Shown: in pieces, positions 5,932 through 17,400 of the stretch
Layout: every line of letters begins with the position of its first letter
Numbering within the stretch: the first letter of the stretch is position 1
Source of the DNA: an archaeon
Lineage (GTDB): Archaea; Iainarchaeota; Iainarchaeia; Iainarchaeales; CSSED10-239
Reading direction: 5' to 3'
DNA: 17,713 nt
NCBI GenBank assembly: GCA_035390665.1
Contig: DAOOUC010000013.1
Span: forward strand, 1 to 17,713
The notes under the pieces: generated by a model
Databases searched by the model: none
Seen by the model: only the letters and a program-made list of their open reading frames with translations
What the model was told of the DNA's origin: nothing
Translations under genes and position numbers: made by a program

Positions 5932-7746
5932 ATGTTAAAAAAAGATTATCTTTTGTTTTTTTTAATACTTTCAATATTAATCTTTCCAACGGTTTATGCA
6001 AAAGAATTCAAAATAAACAATTATGAAATAACTTATTTTTTAGAAAAATCAGGAAAAATAAATGTTTCTGAAACAATAGATTATCAACTATCTGGTTGTT
6101 TTAAAGAACTTTATCTTCAAAGACCAGGAATTGATATTACAAATCCAACAGGGCAGTGTATAGGCGCAACTTGTGAATTTGAATATAAGCAGATAGGCAC
6201 AGAATCAGGTGACCCCGAACTAATATTACGTGGTAATTTCTGTAATCAAAAAGTTACTGCACATTTTAATTATAATTTGGAAAATCAAATTAGAAACTTA
6301 GTTGATGGTGCACAATTCTATTATCAAGTTTATCCTGGAAAAACAACTGTTTCAACTAATGCTAAAATTATGATTTATTTTCCAGGAGACATAAATAAAG
6401 TAACAAGATTTATTCATTCAAAAGATTATCTTTTAGAAACAAACGATAACGTATTAATTATTTCTAAACCGGTAGGTGCCTATGAAATAATAGAAATAAA
6501 TTTTTTAATGCCTAAGGAGTGGTTTAATCAAGGAAGTCTTTATAGCTATCCAGATACAAATTACACACAAGCTCAAATAATCCAACAAGAAGAAAACTGG
6601 GAAGAAGGTTATACAAAATATACAAAAGAAAATGTAAAAACAGAAGCGTCATTAGGCATTACATTTCTATATCTTTTCTTAATGATTGGTTTACCAATTT
6701 TATTATTATTTATTATTTGGTTAATATTTGGAAAAGAGATTCCAGAAAATAAAACAGGTTATTCAGGAACCTATGAAAGGGATTTACCTGGTGATGAAGA
6801 CCCAATTCAAGCACATTATTTAATAACAGGGAAATTATCAACACATTGGTTTTCGTCAGCAATCATGTATCTTGTTTGGAAAAAGCAATATGAATTAATA
6901 AAACAAGAAGACAAATCATTTTTTAGTTCTGAAAAATATAAATTAGTAAAAATAAAAAATGCACCAGAAATTAAACTTCCAGGTTATGTTTTAGAAGTTA
7001 ATAAATTTTTCTTAGAATATTATCCTGACGGCACAATTGATTTAGATGAATTAAAAAACGGGCAATACAAACCAAAAGGAGATTTAGATTTCTTCTCAGA
7101 ATTAGAGGAAAAAACTAATTTCGCAAACGATTTTAGTACTTTACAATTAAAGGTTAAAAAAGAAATAAGCAGATGGGAAAAAGAAAAAAAATATTTTAAT
7201 AAAACTGGAATGATTATAGCAAATATTACAATTGTTTTACATATATTTATTTTTTCAGAAATAATTCAGATGATATTTATGAGATATATTTTTCCAATAT
7301 GGATCTCATTTGTTTTTTGGAGTTGTATAATTTTAATAATTCTTGCAAATATTATTAGTAGATCCAAGATAAGTTTTGCAGTAATTTTTGGAAGGTTTTC
7401 TAAAGACGGCAGAGTTAAAAATTTACAATGGACAAATTTTAAAAGATACATAACCGATTATTCTTTAATGAAAGAGCACCCGCCACAACACGTGATTCTT
7501 TGGGAAGAATATATGGTTTATGCAACTGCTTTTGGAGTAGCAAAAGAAGTTTCAAAGGCATTAAAAGTGGTTATGCCGGAAGAAGTTTCAACAAATCAAC
7601 AATTTGCAGTATATTCAGCATTTGCAGTAAGTAGTTTTTCAACATCAACGGATTACTCGTCATCCGGCGGTAGTGGCGGCTTTGGTGGAGGTGGCGGGGG
7701 CTTTGGTGGTGGCGGTGGTGGGGGCGGCGGTGCCGGTGCCCGTTAA
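5932..7746 (+). CDS. DUF2207-type membrane protein with a C-terminal poly-glycine tail
   Basis: It has an N-terminal signal/anchor (LLFFLILSILIFPTVYA), a large extracytoplasmic domain and several TM helices. The tail SSGGSGGFGGGGGGFGGGGGGGGGAGAR is characteristic of the DUF2207 family. The start codon is 2 nt after the PRT stop. Confidence 0.75.
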   Translation: MLKKDYLLFFLILSILIFPTVYAKEFKINNYEITYFLEKSGKINVSETIDYQLSGCFKELYLQRPGIDITNPTGQCIGATCEFEYKQIGTESGDPELILRGNFCNQKVTAHFNYNLENQIRNLVDGAQFYYQVYPGKTTVSTNAKIMIYFPGDINKVTRFIHSKDYLLETNDNVLIISKPVGAYEIIEINFLMPKEWFNQGSLYSYPDTNYTQAQIIQQEENWEEGYTKYTKENVKTEASLGITFLYLFLMIGLPILLLFIIWLIFGKEIPENKTGYSGTYERDLPGDEDPIQAHYLITGKLSTHWFSSAIMYLVWKKQYELIKQEDKSFFSSEKYKLVKIKNAPEIKLPGYVLEVNKFFLEYYPDGTIDLDELKNGQYKPKGDLDFFSELEEKTNFANDFSTLQLKVKKEISRWEKEKKYFNKTGMIIANITIVLHIFIFSEIIQMIFMRYIFPIWISFVFWSCIILIILANIISRSKISFAVIFGRFSKDGRVKNLQWTNFKRYITDYSLMKEHPPQHVILWEEYMVYATAFGVAKEVSKALKVVMPEEVSTNQQFAVYSAFAVSSFSTSTDYSSSGGSGGFGGGGGGFGGGGGGGGGAGAR

Positions 7747-7823
7747 TCTATAAACAAATTATTTATAAATCCTTTATTCTTATTTATTTCTAAATATATT
7801 TATAAAATCAGGAGAGAAAAAAT

Positions 7824-10238
7824 ATGGTATCTAAAGAAAAACAATTTATTATGTGGTTTGATGAAGTAGGAATTGAAGACATTCCTTATGTTGGTGGAAA
7901 GAATGCCTCTCTTGGAGAAATGTATCAAAATCTTGGAAAAAAAGGCGTAAAGATTCCATTTGGTTTTGCAATTACAGCTTATGCTTACAGATATATTTTA
8001 GAAAAATCTGGAACAAAAAATGAAATTAAAAAAATATTAAAAGATTTAGATACTCATAACCTTGATTCTTTAGCAGAGAAAGGACATAAAATTAGAGATT
8101 TAATAAGACATACTGAGATTCCAAAAGATTTAGAAAAAGAAATATTTGATGCTTATGATAAACTTTGTAAAAAAGAAAAAATCCCTGATCTTGATGTCGC
8201 TGTAAGATCAAGTGCAACAGCTGAAGATCTTCCTGATGCTTCTTTTGCAGGACAACAAGAAAGTTATTTAAATATTAGAGGAAAAGCAAATCTTTTAGAA
8301 GCTGTAAGAAAATGTTTTGCTTCTCTTTTTACAAACAGAGCAATCTCTTATAGAGAAGATAAGCATTTTGATCACTTTAGTATTGCTCTTTCAGTTGTTG
8401 TTCAAAGAATGGTTAGAAGTGATTTAGCTTCTTCAGGAATAATGTTTTCAATTGATACAGAAACAGGTTTTAGAGATGTTGTTGTTATAAATTCAACTTA
8501 TGGTCTTGGAGAAAATATTGTTCAAGGTGCAGTCAATCCTGATGAATTTATTGTCTTTAAACCAACATTAAAACTTGGAAAAAAACCAATTATTTCTAAA
8601 GTTCTAGGAGAAAAAGCAATTAGAATGGTTTATGATAGAGAAGGCAATAAGCCAGTAAAAAATATTTCAGTTGAACCAACTGAAAGAAATAAGTTTTCAA
8701 TAACTGATGATCAAGCCTTGCAATTAGCAAAATGGGCTTGTGATATTGAAGAATACTATTCTAAAAAAGCAGGCTATCACAAACCAATGGATATGGAATG
8801 GGCCTTGGACGGTAAAACAAATGAATTGTTTATTGTTCAAGCAAGACCAGAAACAGTACAATCTAGAAAAAATTTAAATAGTTACACAACATACATTATG
8901 AACACAAATGAAAAACCAATAGTTATTGGAAAAAGTGTCGGCCAACAGATATCAACTGGAAAAGTAAAAGTAATAAAGGATGCAAAAGAAATCAATCAAT
9001 TTAGAAAAGGAGAAATTCTTGTAACAGAAATGACAGATCCAGATTGGGAACCAATCATGAAGATTGCTTCCGGAATAATAACAAACAAAGGTGGAAGAAC
9101 CTGCCATGCTGCAATTATTTCAAGAGAGCTTGGTATCCCTTGTGTTGTTGGAACAATTGACGGAACAGTAAAACTAAAAACCGGACAAGAAATAACAATG
9201 GATTGTTCAAGCGGAGATGCTGGTTTTGTTTACAATGGGAAAATACCTTTTACAAAACAAGTAACTGATTTAAAAGAATTACAAAAAACAAAAACACAGT
9301 TAATGATGAATGTGGGTAACCCAGAACAAGCATTTGATTTAAGTTTCTTGCCAAATGATGGTGTAGGCCTTGCAAGAGAAGAGTTTATTATCAACTCTTG
9401 GATACAGATTCATCCTCTTGCTCTTATCAATTACAATAAGATAACAGATGCAGAAACAAAAGCAAAGATTGATGAATTAACTGTTGGTTACACTGATAAA
9501 AAACAATATTTTGTAGATAAGTTAGCACAAGGTATTGCAAGAATTACAGCCGCATTCTATCCAAAGAAAGTAATTTTAAGACTTTCAGATTTTAAATCAA
9601 ATGAATATGCAAACTTAATTGGTGGTAAAGACTATGAGCCAATAGAAAGTAATCCAATGATTGGTTGGAGAGGTGCATCAAGATACTATCAAGGAAATTA
9701 TGTTGCAGGTTTTGCTTTAGAATGCCAGGCAATTAAAAAAGTAAGAGAAGAATTTGGTTTAACAAATTTAGAATTAATGATTCCTTTTTGTAGAACAATT
9801 GATGAAGCAAAGAAAGTATTTGCAGAAATGAAAAAGAATGGATTAGAGAAAGGAAAGAACGGTCTAAAAATAAACTGTATGTGTGAGATCCCTTCTAATG
9901 TAATTTTAGCAGATGATTTCTTAGAAGTCTTTGATGGTTTCAGTATTGGAAGTAATGATCTAACACAATTGACTTTAGGACTTGATAGAGACTCTGAACT
10001 TTTAGGTAATATCTATGATGAAAGAAATCCAGCAGTTAAAAAACTTCTTGCTGATGTCATAAAGATAGCAAACAAAAAGGGCAAATATATAGGTATCTGC
10101 GGGCAAGCGCCATCTGATTATCCAGAAATGGCAGAGTTCTTAGTAAAAGAAGGAATAAAATCAATGAGTTTAAATCCAGACTCAATTGTTAAAACAAGAA
10201 TTGCAATTGCAAAACTTGAAAAGAATTTAAAGAAGTAA
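7824..10238 (+). CDS. ppsA: Phosphoenolpyruvate synthase (pyruvate, water dikinase)
   Basis: The 804-aa protein has an N-terminal ATP-grasp region (VGGKNASLGEMY), the phosphohistidine swivel motif GGRTCHAAIISRELGIPCVVG and a C-terminal PEP-utilising TIM barrel (SIGSNDLTQLTLGLDRDS). A GGAG-like element lies 7-12 nt upstream of the ATG. Confidence 0.95.
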   Translation: MVSKEKQFIMWFDEVGIEDIPYVGGKNASLGEMYQNLGKKGVKIPFGFAITAYAYRYILEKSGTKNEIKKILKDLDTHNLDSLAEKGHKIRDLIRHTEIPKDLEKEIFDAYDKLCKKEKIPDLDVAVRSSATAEDLPDASFAGQQESYLNIRGKANLLEAVRKCFASLFTNRAISYREDKHFDHFSIALSVVVQRMVRSDLASSGIMFSIDTETGFRDVVVINSTYGLGENIVQGAVNPDEFIVFKPTLKLGKKPIISKVLGEKAIRMVYDREGNKPVKNISVEPTERNKFSITDDQALQLAKWACDIEEYYSKKAGYHKPMDMEWALDGKTNELFIVQARPETVQSRKNLNSYTTYIMNTNEKPIVIGKSVGQQISTGKVKVIKDAKEINQFRKGEILVTEMTDPDWEPIMKIASGIITNKGGRTCHAAIISRELGIPCVVGTIDGTVKLKTGQEITMDCSSGDAGFVYNGKIPFTKQVTDLKELQKTKTQLMMNVGNPEQAFDLSFLPNDGVGLAREEFIINSWIQIHPLALINYNKITDAETKAKIDELTVGYTDKKQYFVDKLAQGIARITAAFYPKKVILRLSDFKSNEYANLIGGKDYEPIESNPMIGWRGASRYYQGNYVAGFALECQAIKKVREEFGLTNLELMIPFCRTIDEAKKVFAEMKKNGLEKGKNGLKINCMCEIPSNVILADDFLEVFDGFSIGSNDLTQLTLGLDRDSELLGNIYDERNPAVKKLLADVIKIANKKGKYIGICGQAPSDYPEMAEFLVKEGIKSMSLNPDSIVKTRIAIAKLEKNLKK

Positions 10239-10263
10239 TTTTTACTTCTTTTCTTTTTTAATT

Positions 10264-10758
10264 TTGAAAAAAATGAAATCAATACTTTTCGTATGTTCAG
10301 GAAATATTTTTAGAAGCATGTGTGCTGAGCTTTTTCTAAAAAAACATCTTCAAGAAAAAAACATAAAAATTAAAGTAACTTCTGCAGGCATTACTGCAAA
10401 AAAGCAAGAGATTCACTTAATAGTAAAAAAAGAACTTGATAGATTAAATATTGATTATTCCAAGCACAAGCAAAGAAAAGTTACAAAAAAAATTCTAGAC
10501 TCTTCTTCTCTTGTAATCTCTATGGCAAAAGTTCATCAACAATTTCTTAAAGAAAAATTTAACAAAGATTCAATTCTTTTTAATGAAATAGTTTTTGAAA
10601 AGAAAGAAGATTTCTTAGATTATCCAGATATTTTAAAAGAAACAAATTCAGAGAAGAAAGCAGAAAACTATCTAAGAAAAGCAGTAAAGGAAATAGATAA
10701 AGGTACAAAGAAAATGCTTCTTTCAAAGAGTTTACAGCAGCTTTATAAACATAATTAA
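10264..10758 (+). CDS. Low-molecular-weight protein-tyrosine phosphatase (LMW-PTP / ArsC-like fold)
   Basis: The active-site P-loop ILFVCSGNIFRSMCAE (CX5R-S) lies at the N-terminus. The track start is TTG at 10264, and an ATG at 10273 (MKSILFVC) is an equally plausible start. Confidence 0.8.
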   Translation: MKKMKSILFVCSGNIFRSMCAELFLKKHLQEKNIKIKVTSAGITAKKQEIHLIVKKELDRLNIDYSKHKQRKVTKKILDSSSLVISMAKVHQQFLKEKFNKDSILFNEIVFEKKEDFLDYPDILKETNSEKKAENYLRKAVKEIDKGTKKMLLSKSLQQLYKHN

Positions 10759-10801
10759 TCAATATATATTTAGATTTTATAAATAAAATTGGTGATTAAA
10801 A

Positions 10802-11356
10802 ATGTTAGGATGGTTAATTCCTCTAATCATTTTAGGTCTTCTTGGTTTAATTACATTATTAATGTATAATGGTTTAATTATTACAAGAAACAAAGTAAAA
10901 AATGGTTGGAGTCAAATAGATGTTCAATTAAAGAAAAGATATGATCTTATACCTAATCTTGTTGAAACAGTAAAGGGTTATGCAAAGCACGAAGCAGGAA
11001 CATTATCCAAGATTACAGAATTAAGAAGCCAAGCAATGCAAACAAAGGATAAGAATTTAGCAATGAAAGCAAACGATCAAATGTCAAAAGCAATTGGTGG
11101 TTTACTAAACGTTGTTGTTGAAAATTATCCTGATTTAAACGCAAGCCAAAATTTCTTAATGCTTCAAGAAGAATTATCAGGTATTGAAAATAAAATAGCA
11201 TATGCAAGACAGTTTTATAATGATACAGTAATGGATTACAATAACAAATTACAAGTTTTCCCAAACAATATCTTTGCAAAAGCATTTAATTTCAAAGAAG
11301 AATCATTCTTAGAAGCAACATCTGAAGAAAAAAAAAACGTAAAAGTTTCTTTTTAA
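10802..11356 (+). CDS. lemA: LemA family protein
   Basis: It has a single N-terminal TM helix followed by YNGLIITRNKVKNGWSQIDVQLKKRYDLIPNLVETVKGYAKHE...YARQFYNDTVMDYNNKLQVFPNNIFA. This closely matches the conserved LemA core. Confidence 0.9.
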   Translation: MLGWLIPLIILGLLGLITLLMYNGLIITRNKVKNGWSQIDVQLKKRYDLIPNLVETVKGYAKHEAGTLSKITELRSQAMQTKDKNLAMKANDQMSKAIGGLLNVVVENYPDLNASQNFLMLQEELSGIENKIAYARQFYNDTVMDYNNKLQVFPNNIFAKAFNFKEESFLEATSEEKKNVKVSF

Positions 11357-11483
11357 TTTCTTCTTTTTTTCTATTTTTAACTTTATTTTAGTAAATAGTT
11401 AATATTTATATTCTTTTTCTTATTAAACATATATAAATATTTGTATCTTATAAATATATTATATATTAAAAGAGAGATAATAA

Positions 11484-14400
11484 ATGGCAAAAGCAAAATC
11501 CAAACCAGCTAAAGAAGAATTTGATGATTTTGAGGAAGAAGATTATGATTATTCCGATGAATCAAAATCAAAAGAAAAAAATATTTTCGGAAAAGCCTAT
11601 AGCTTTTTAGAAGAGAAATATTTTGCTTTTTCTGATTGGTTATCAAAGAAAGGAATTCCTTTAGATAAATTAAATACTTTCTTAGAAGAAAAAGGTATAC
11701 CTTCTTTTGCAGCAGTTACTTGTTTTTTCTTTTTGCTACTTGCAATAATTATTTTAATAATAATTAACATAGCAACAACAGCAACAATAGAATTAAACAT
11801 TACAGATTATTCTAATAATTCTTTATCTGATGTTCAATTAATTGTTTCTGATTTATATGGTAAAACAAAATTTAGTGGAATAGTAAATGATGGCGACAAA
11901 ATTAAAGCCAAATTAAAATCAGGAAGTGATTATGTAATTGAAGCCACAAAATCAGATTTAGAAAATTATAATAATCAGATAGTCTTTGTAAGAGGGGATA
12001 AATTTAATATAAAGTTTAATGAAAAATATACAACAGGAGATTTAAGTATTGTTGTAACAGATACTCAAACAAAGAAAAAAGTTCCATTATATGAAGTAAA
12101 ATTAAATTTTAGAATAAATGGAGAAGCAAAAGAAGAGGTTGCTATTGCAGATGAAAAAGGAGAAATTTCTTTTACAAATATTCCTTTAGATAAAGACATT
12201 ACATTAACAGTTAATGCAGATGGCTATCAAACATATTCTCAAAATTTTAGATTATTAAATTCTGTTGAAACAAAAAATATAGAATTGGCATTTGATGAAG
12301 ATTCTATATTATTATCAGGAAAAGAATCCAAAGTTACAATCGTTGTAACAAAAGAAAATGGAGACTTGATAGATGCAGCAGATGTAACAATTTATAACAC
12401 AGCAGGAGAAATAATTGCAACAAATTTAACTGTTCTTGGTAAATCAGTATTTACTTTAAACTCTGGTCAAGCAATAAGGTTTGTAGTATCAAAAGAAGGA
12501 TATAGAACATATGATAGTGATAAAGAAGAAAGATCTTATAGAATACAAAACCCAGAAGAAACCTATACTGCAAAATTAATTGCAGGAAGTTCTGATTTAA
12601 AAGTAAAAGTTTTAGAAAAAGGTGTTGGTCCTTTATCTGAAGCAGAAGTTTCTTTATATAATTCAAGTAATAATTTAATTGAAAGTAAAACAACACAATT
12701 AGACGGGATTGTAATATTTACAGGTTTAGATAAAAATACAGAATATATTGTAACAGCTTGTAAAACAGGATACTATTGTTTACAATCTTTTGCAAACATA
12801 GAAGAAGAAAACGAAATTCAACAAGAGTTAGAAAAAGTAAGCATAGACACTAGTGCATTATTATCTATTTATGTTTATGATTCTTTAAATTCTCCAATGA
12901 CAAACGCAAAAGTTAATGTTTTTAAAGAAGTTATGTCAAGATATGTGGCAACAGGTCATGGCACATTATCTGTTGATTTAACAGGCCAAACATCAATAAT
13001 GACAAAACATGGAGACAAATATAAAGTAACTGCAATTGTTGGCGAAGTTGAAAAAACAGAAGAGATAACTATTGATCCTTTTAAAGATAATAAATTAATT
13101 TTGATTTTAGATCAAGCATCAAGATTTGTTACTTTAAATTTAACAGATAAAGATGGAAATCCAATAACTGAAGGTTGTGTATTAATAAAATCAAAAACAG
13201 GAGAAATTCTTTTTGATGATTGTTTGAATGGTTCAAATATAGTTGAATTTAATAATAAAGGATATAAAGATTTAATTGTAGAATACACAGACATAGAAGG
13301 AAACACAACAACCATGTCAACAAGACTTGGAGAATCTGATGAAATAAATTTAAAAATTAAGCAAACAACTGTTGGAAATAATCCAGTAATTAGCTTCTTA
13401 GAATTAAGGGATTCTTATAATTCTTTAACTCCAATTTTAAGTTTAGATAAAGAATATTATGCAGTCTTTGATGTTTTGATACCAGAAGGGGCAACATCTT
13501 GTGCAGTACATTTTAGAGCAGGAGATGATGAACAAACAGATTCAGATAATATGACTTACGGAATAACAGGTTATAAGGCAGACACAACAAATTACAAGTA
13601 TTCAACAACATACACCCCAGGGCAACAATCAATAGATTATGATAATTCTGGTTCTCCAAATCAAATAAACAAATGGCTAGAATTATATTGGAAGAATTTA
13701 GATCAAATAACAAATAAGCAAATAATGATAAAATTAAAAGCAACAGAACTTGATGAAAAATTTATTTTAAAATATAGAGTGTGGTGTGAATCTGAAGGAA
13801 AAGTATATAGAGATCCAATAGATTCTGTTTTAGGAGAAACAAGATCTAATTCTCAAAAACAATTTTTATATGCAGACACAAAAGAGCAAACATTTGATGT
13901 TTTAGAAACTCCTGCAGATTGCTCCGGAGATTTATGTATTGATTATAAGTTTATAGATGATAGCTCATTTGAATATACTCCCGAAAAATTCTATGCAGTT
14001 AAAGAAGGATTATATGCATTAGAGTTGTCTTTCTTAAGTATGAAAAATACAGAATTATCAATTGATTCTGAAACAGACAAATCTAGACCAATAATTGGGT
14101 TAGTAAATTATCAAGATACAGGAATGTTCCCAAGTAATACTGTAGCTTCAGAAGAAGTTCAATTATCTTACACAAATTTAAATTTAGAAGCAACAAAAAG
14201 AAAAGCAGTTTATCTTTTCTTTATTGCAAAAGAAACAGGATCAACATATCTTGATTTAAAAATAAATAATAATTCTAAAATTACAGAAAAAAGAATAAGT
14301 TTTAATGTTGTTCCAAGAAAAACAATGGAAGTTTTAGTTAAAGATGTAATACCATATAATTCTCCAATAGTTGTTGAGATTAAAGACAAAGACACAAAAA

Positions 14401-17400
14401 AAATAGTAGATACTGCCTTTGTGAAAGTAAGTGATGATTCTGGAAGTTTATTAGGTAGTGTGAAAAATAGTAAAACAGGGAAATATATAATTAATCAAAA
14501 TTTCTCTGTAGCAAAACCAATTCTTGAAGTTACTGCTCCAGGTTATGCTCCATATGCAAAACATTTGATTATTGCAGATACAGGCATATTGTCTGCACCA
14601 GATAGATTAGAAATTAGATTTGGAGAAAACATTAGTCAAGAGTCAGAGTCATTTATAATAATAAATAAAAGTAGTCAAGAAATTACAGATTTAACCTATC
14701 AATTAAATTATATTGATTATGTTGCAAGCATGCAAGCAACTTTAGACTTACCAGCTGTGTTAAAATCAGGAAAATCTGAAAACTTAGAATTAATAACAAC
14801 CGTTGATCCTAAAGCAAATTTTAAAACCGCAAAAGGAATTTTAACAATTTCAGGATTTATTGGTAATAAGCAAGTTGTTAAAGAAATTGAAGTAATTTAT
14901 TATAGAGGAACAATAGAAAGTGATTGTTTAGAAATAAAACCAAAACAATTGTTTGCTTATGTTGGAATAAGTGAAGGTTCAAGTCAAGAGTTAATGTTTT
15001 CTGTACATAACAATTGTCAAAAAGCAATATCTATAACTCCTGAGCTATTAAATTCAAGAGGCACAAAGATTAGAAAAGATGAAAATATAGAAATAATTAT
15101 TCCAAATATAGATATAGAAGCAAATGAACAAATTGATGATTATACAATTGTTGTAAAAAATAATAAAGAAAGAAAATTAACAAAAACTTATAATTTCGAA
15201 ATAGCATGGAGAAATCAATATTTTGTTTTCGAAAATACAAAACTTAATGTTGAATTAGTAGATTTGTCAAAATCATTAGTAGTTATACCATTGGCATCAG
15301 CAATTTCTTTAGTACAAGTTGTAGATCAACAACCAGCATTAAATCAAACAAGATTTATATTAAAGAATGTTGGTAAATATCCATTAACAGACATCCAAAT
15401 ATCTAGATTTGAAGCAACAACATATTCAAATATAGAAGATAAAATAGAGCCTCCAAGTTTTGAATCTATAAAACCAGGAGAATCAAAATCAATAACAATA
15501 AGGTATTCTGGTAAAATTGATAAAGCAACATATGCTGATTTATATTATCAGGTTACAGCTAATGCAGTAGGGGTCAGTACACCAATAACTACAAAGTTTA
15601 GTGTTGGATTTATGTTTTCTTCTGCTGGTTGTTTAAAGTTAGATCAAACAAAGATTAGTTTCTATTCTAAAGTAAATGAAGAAAAAACAAAATTAATTAA
15701 TATTACAAATCAGTGTGCAGAACCTGTAGGTTTAATAACACACGACCAGGGAAATAGCACATATTTTATAGATACCTTTGGAGATGGAACACAGGTTTCA
15801 ATATATCCTGCAGTTGCTGCTCCTGTAATTTATCCTGGTCAAACAATAGGTTATTTTATAAGAATAAAACCAACTAAATATTTCACACCAAAAACAGATA
15901 GAGTTGTGAGATTATTAGGTGTTCCAACAAATTATGGACAAGGAGGAAGAGTAACTTCAAATACTTTCCTATTTTCTATAGAATTAGAACCAGAACACCC
16001 AGATCAAGAAGAAGATTATAAAAGAGTAGAAGAAAATATAAGTATTCCAGTTTGTGGAAAAGATTCAGAATCTGACGATTCAACAGTTGATTATACTTTC
16101 CCAGTAATTGTCCCTGATTGTAAACAAGACGGATATTGTGATTCCTATTCTGCTGCCGAGTTAATTTTAGAGCAAATACAAAGTTTACATACAGAAGTAA
16201 TAAATTCTTCAAATCAAGCAAATAATAAAGTTGTTCAAACAGCATGTTCACAAACTGCAGCAAATAACGGTTATTGTCCAATCTCAGACATATTGCCTCC
16301 ACAAAAATTACAAGAATATAAAAATATTTTATTGTATTTACAAAATGATAACTTAAGTGAAAGAACTATTGAGTTATTATTAAAAGATGGAAACACAAGT
16401 GCAACTAAATATCCAACCATAAAAGATTACATGGTAAAGGCAAATGTAGGTTATACAACAGGTGGTTTAGGATTTTCAGGAAATGTAATACATATTTCAA
16501 ATAAATTAAATGGTTGTGGAAGATATAAATTAGAAATAACAGGAGCCATAGCTACAAAAAACTACACAGACTTAGATCCACAAAGGGCTTATTTCTTCTT
16601 AGATGTAGTTGATTCAAATAAAACAGATCAATGTAAAAAAAATATAGAAAATGTAATGATATTTTTACCAAAAGATTTGAAATTTAGAAGAACAAATACA
16701 GGAGATACTTGGCTTACAATAATAACAGGAAGCAAAGATTTTGCACAACCAATAGCAAAAGATGTATTTGGTTCAGAAGATAGATTTGTTTTAAAATCAG
16801 TAGAACAAAAGAAATACAGTTTATTAGATGTAACAATAGGGGAATTAAAAGACAGTGAATCTGATGCAATCGCAAAAATGTATTATAAAGATTCAGTTGA
16901 TTCAAATAATTCTAAAGCCGAAGAAGTTTCAATAATAATAAATGATAAATTTGGAATTAAAAAAGAAGGCATTAAAGATGTAAATTATCCTGCAGAATTT
17001 ATAACAGATACTTCAAGAAGCATTAAAGCAATATTAGAAGGTAAACCTGCAAATATTTGTATATCAGAAGACAAAAGTTATATGTTAATTATGTCTATTG
17101 ATTCAGATTATGGATCTTTATTCTTAAAATCAAAAGCAGATGGTAAATTACAATTAAAACCAACAAAGACATGTACAGAGTTTACAGTTAAATCAGCAGT
17201 TAATGAACAAGTTTCAATTTCTTATGAAGATCTTTCAGGAATTCAACTTAATTTTAACTATGATGGTAAAGATTATCCAAGTCCTATGCCTTTGGTTTTA
17301 GAAAAAGACAAAGAATTAGATTTCAATGTTTGTATTAAATCAGACATTAGTCAAATATCGTCTTGGAATAATAAAGAATTAAAAGTAATAGCTGAAAGTA

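Noticed and set aside
1288-7451. Other short - strand ORFs inside + strand genes (1288-1488, 2750-2965, 5003-5341, 5179-5415, 5604-5933, 7266-7451; also 10580-10762 and 11013-11285)
   Set aside because: Each is fully embedded antisense in a + strand CDS with clear family-level motifs. None has recognisable motifs of its own.
7660-7743. GC/G-rich tract (ggcggtagtggcggctttggtgg...), considered as a possible second VR or a repeat element
   Set aside because: It encodes the poly-Gly tail typical of DUF2207 proteins and has no similarity to the TR. It is a compositional feature of the coding sequence.
11597-16905. Nine short - strand ORFs (60-108 aa) listed in the track between 11597 and 16905
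   Set aside because: All lie antisense within the continuous 6.2-kb + strand frame. Their Leu/Ile/Phe/Tyr/Gln-rich translations are typical of antisense reading of AT-rich coding sequence.
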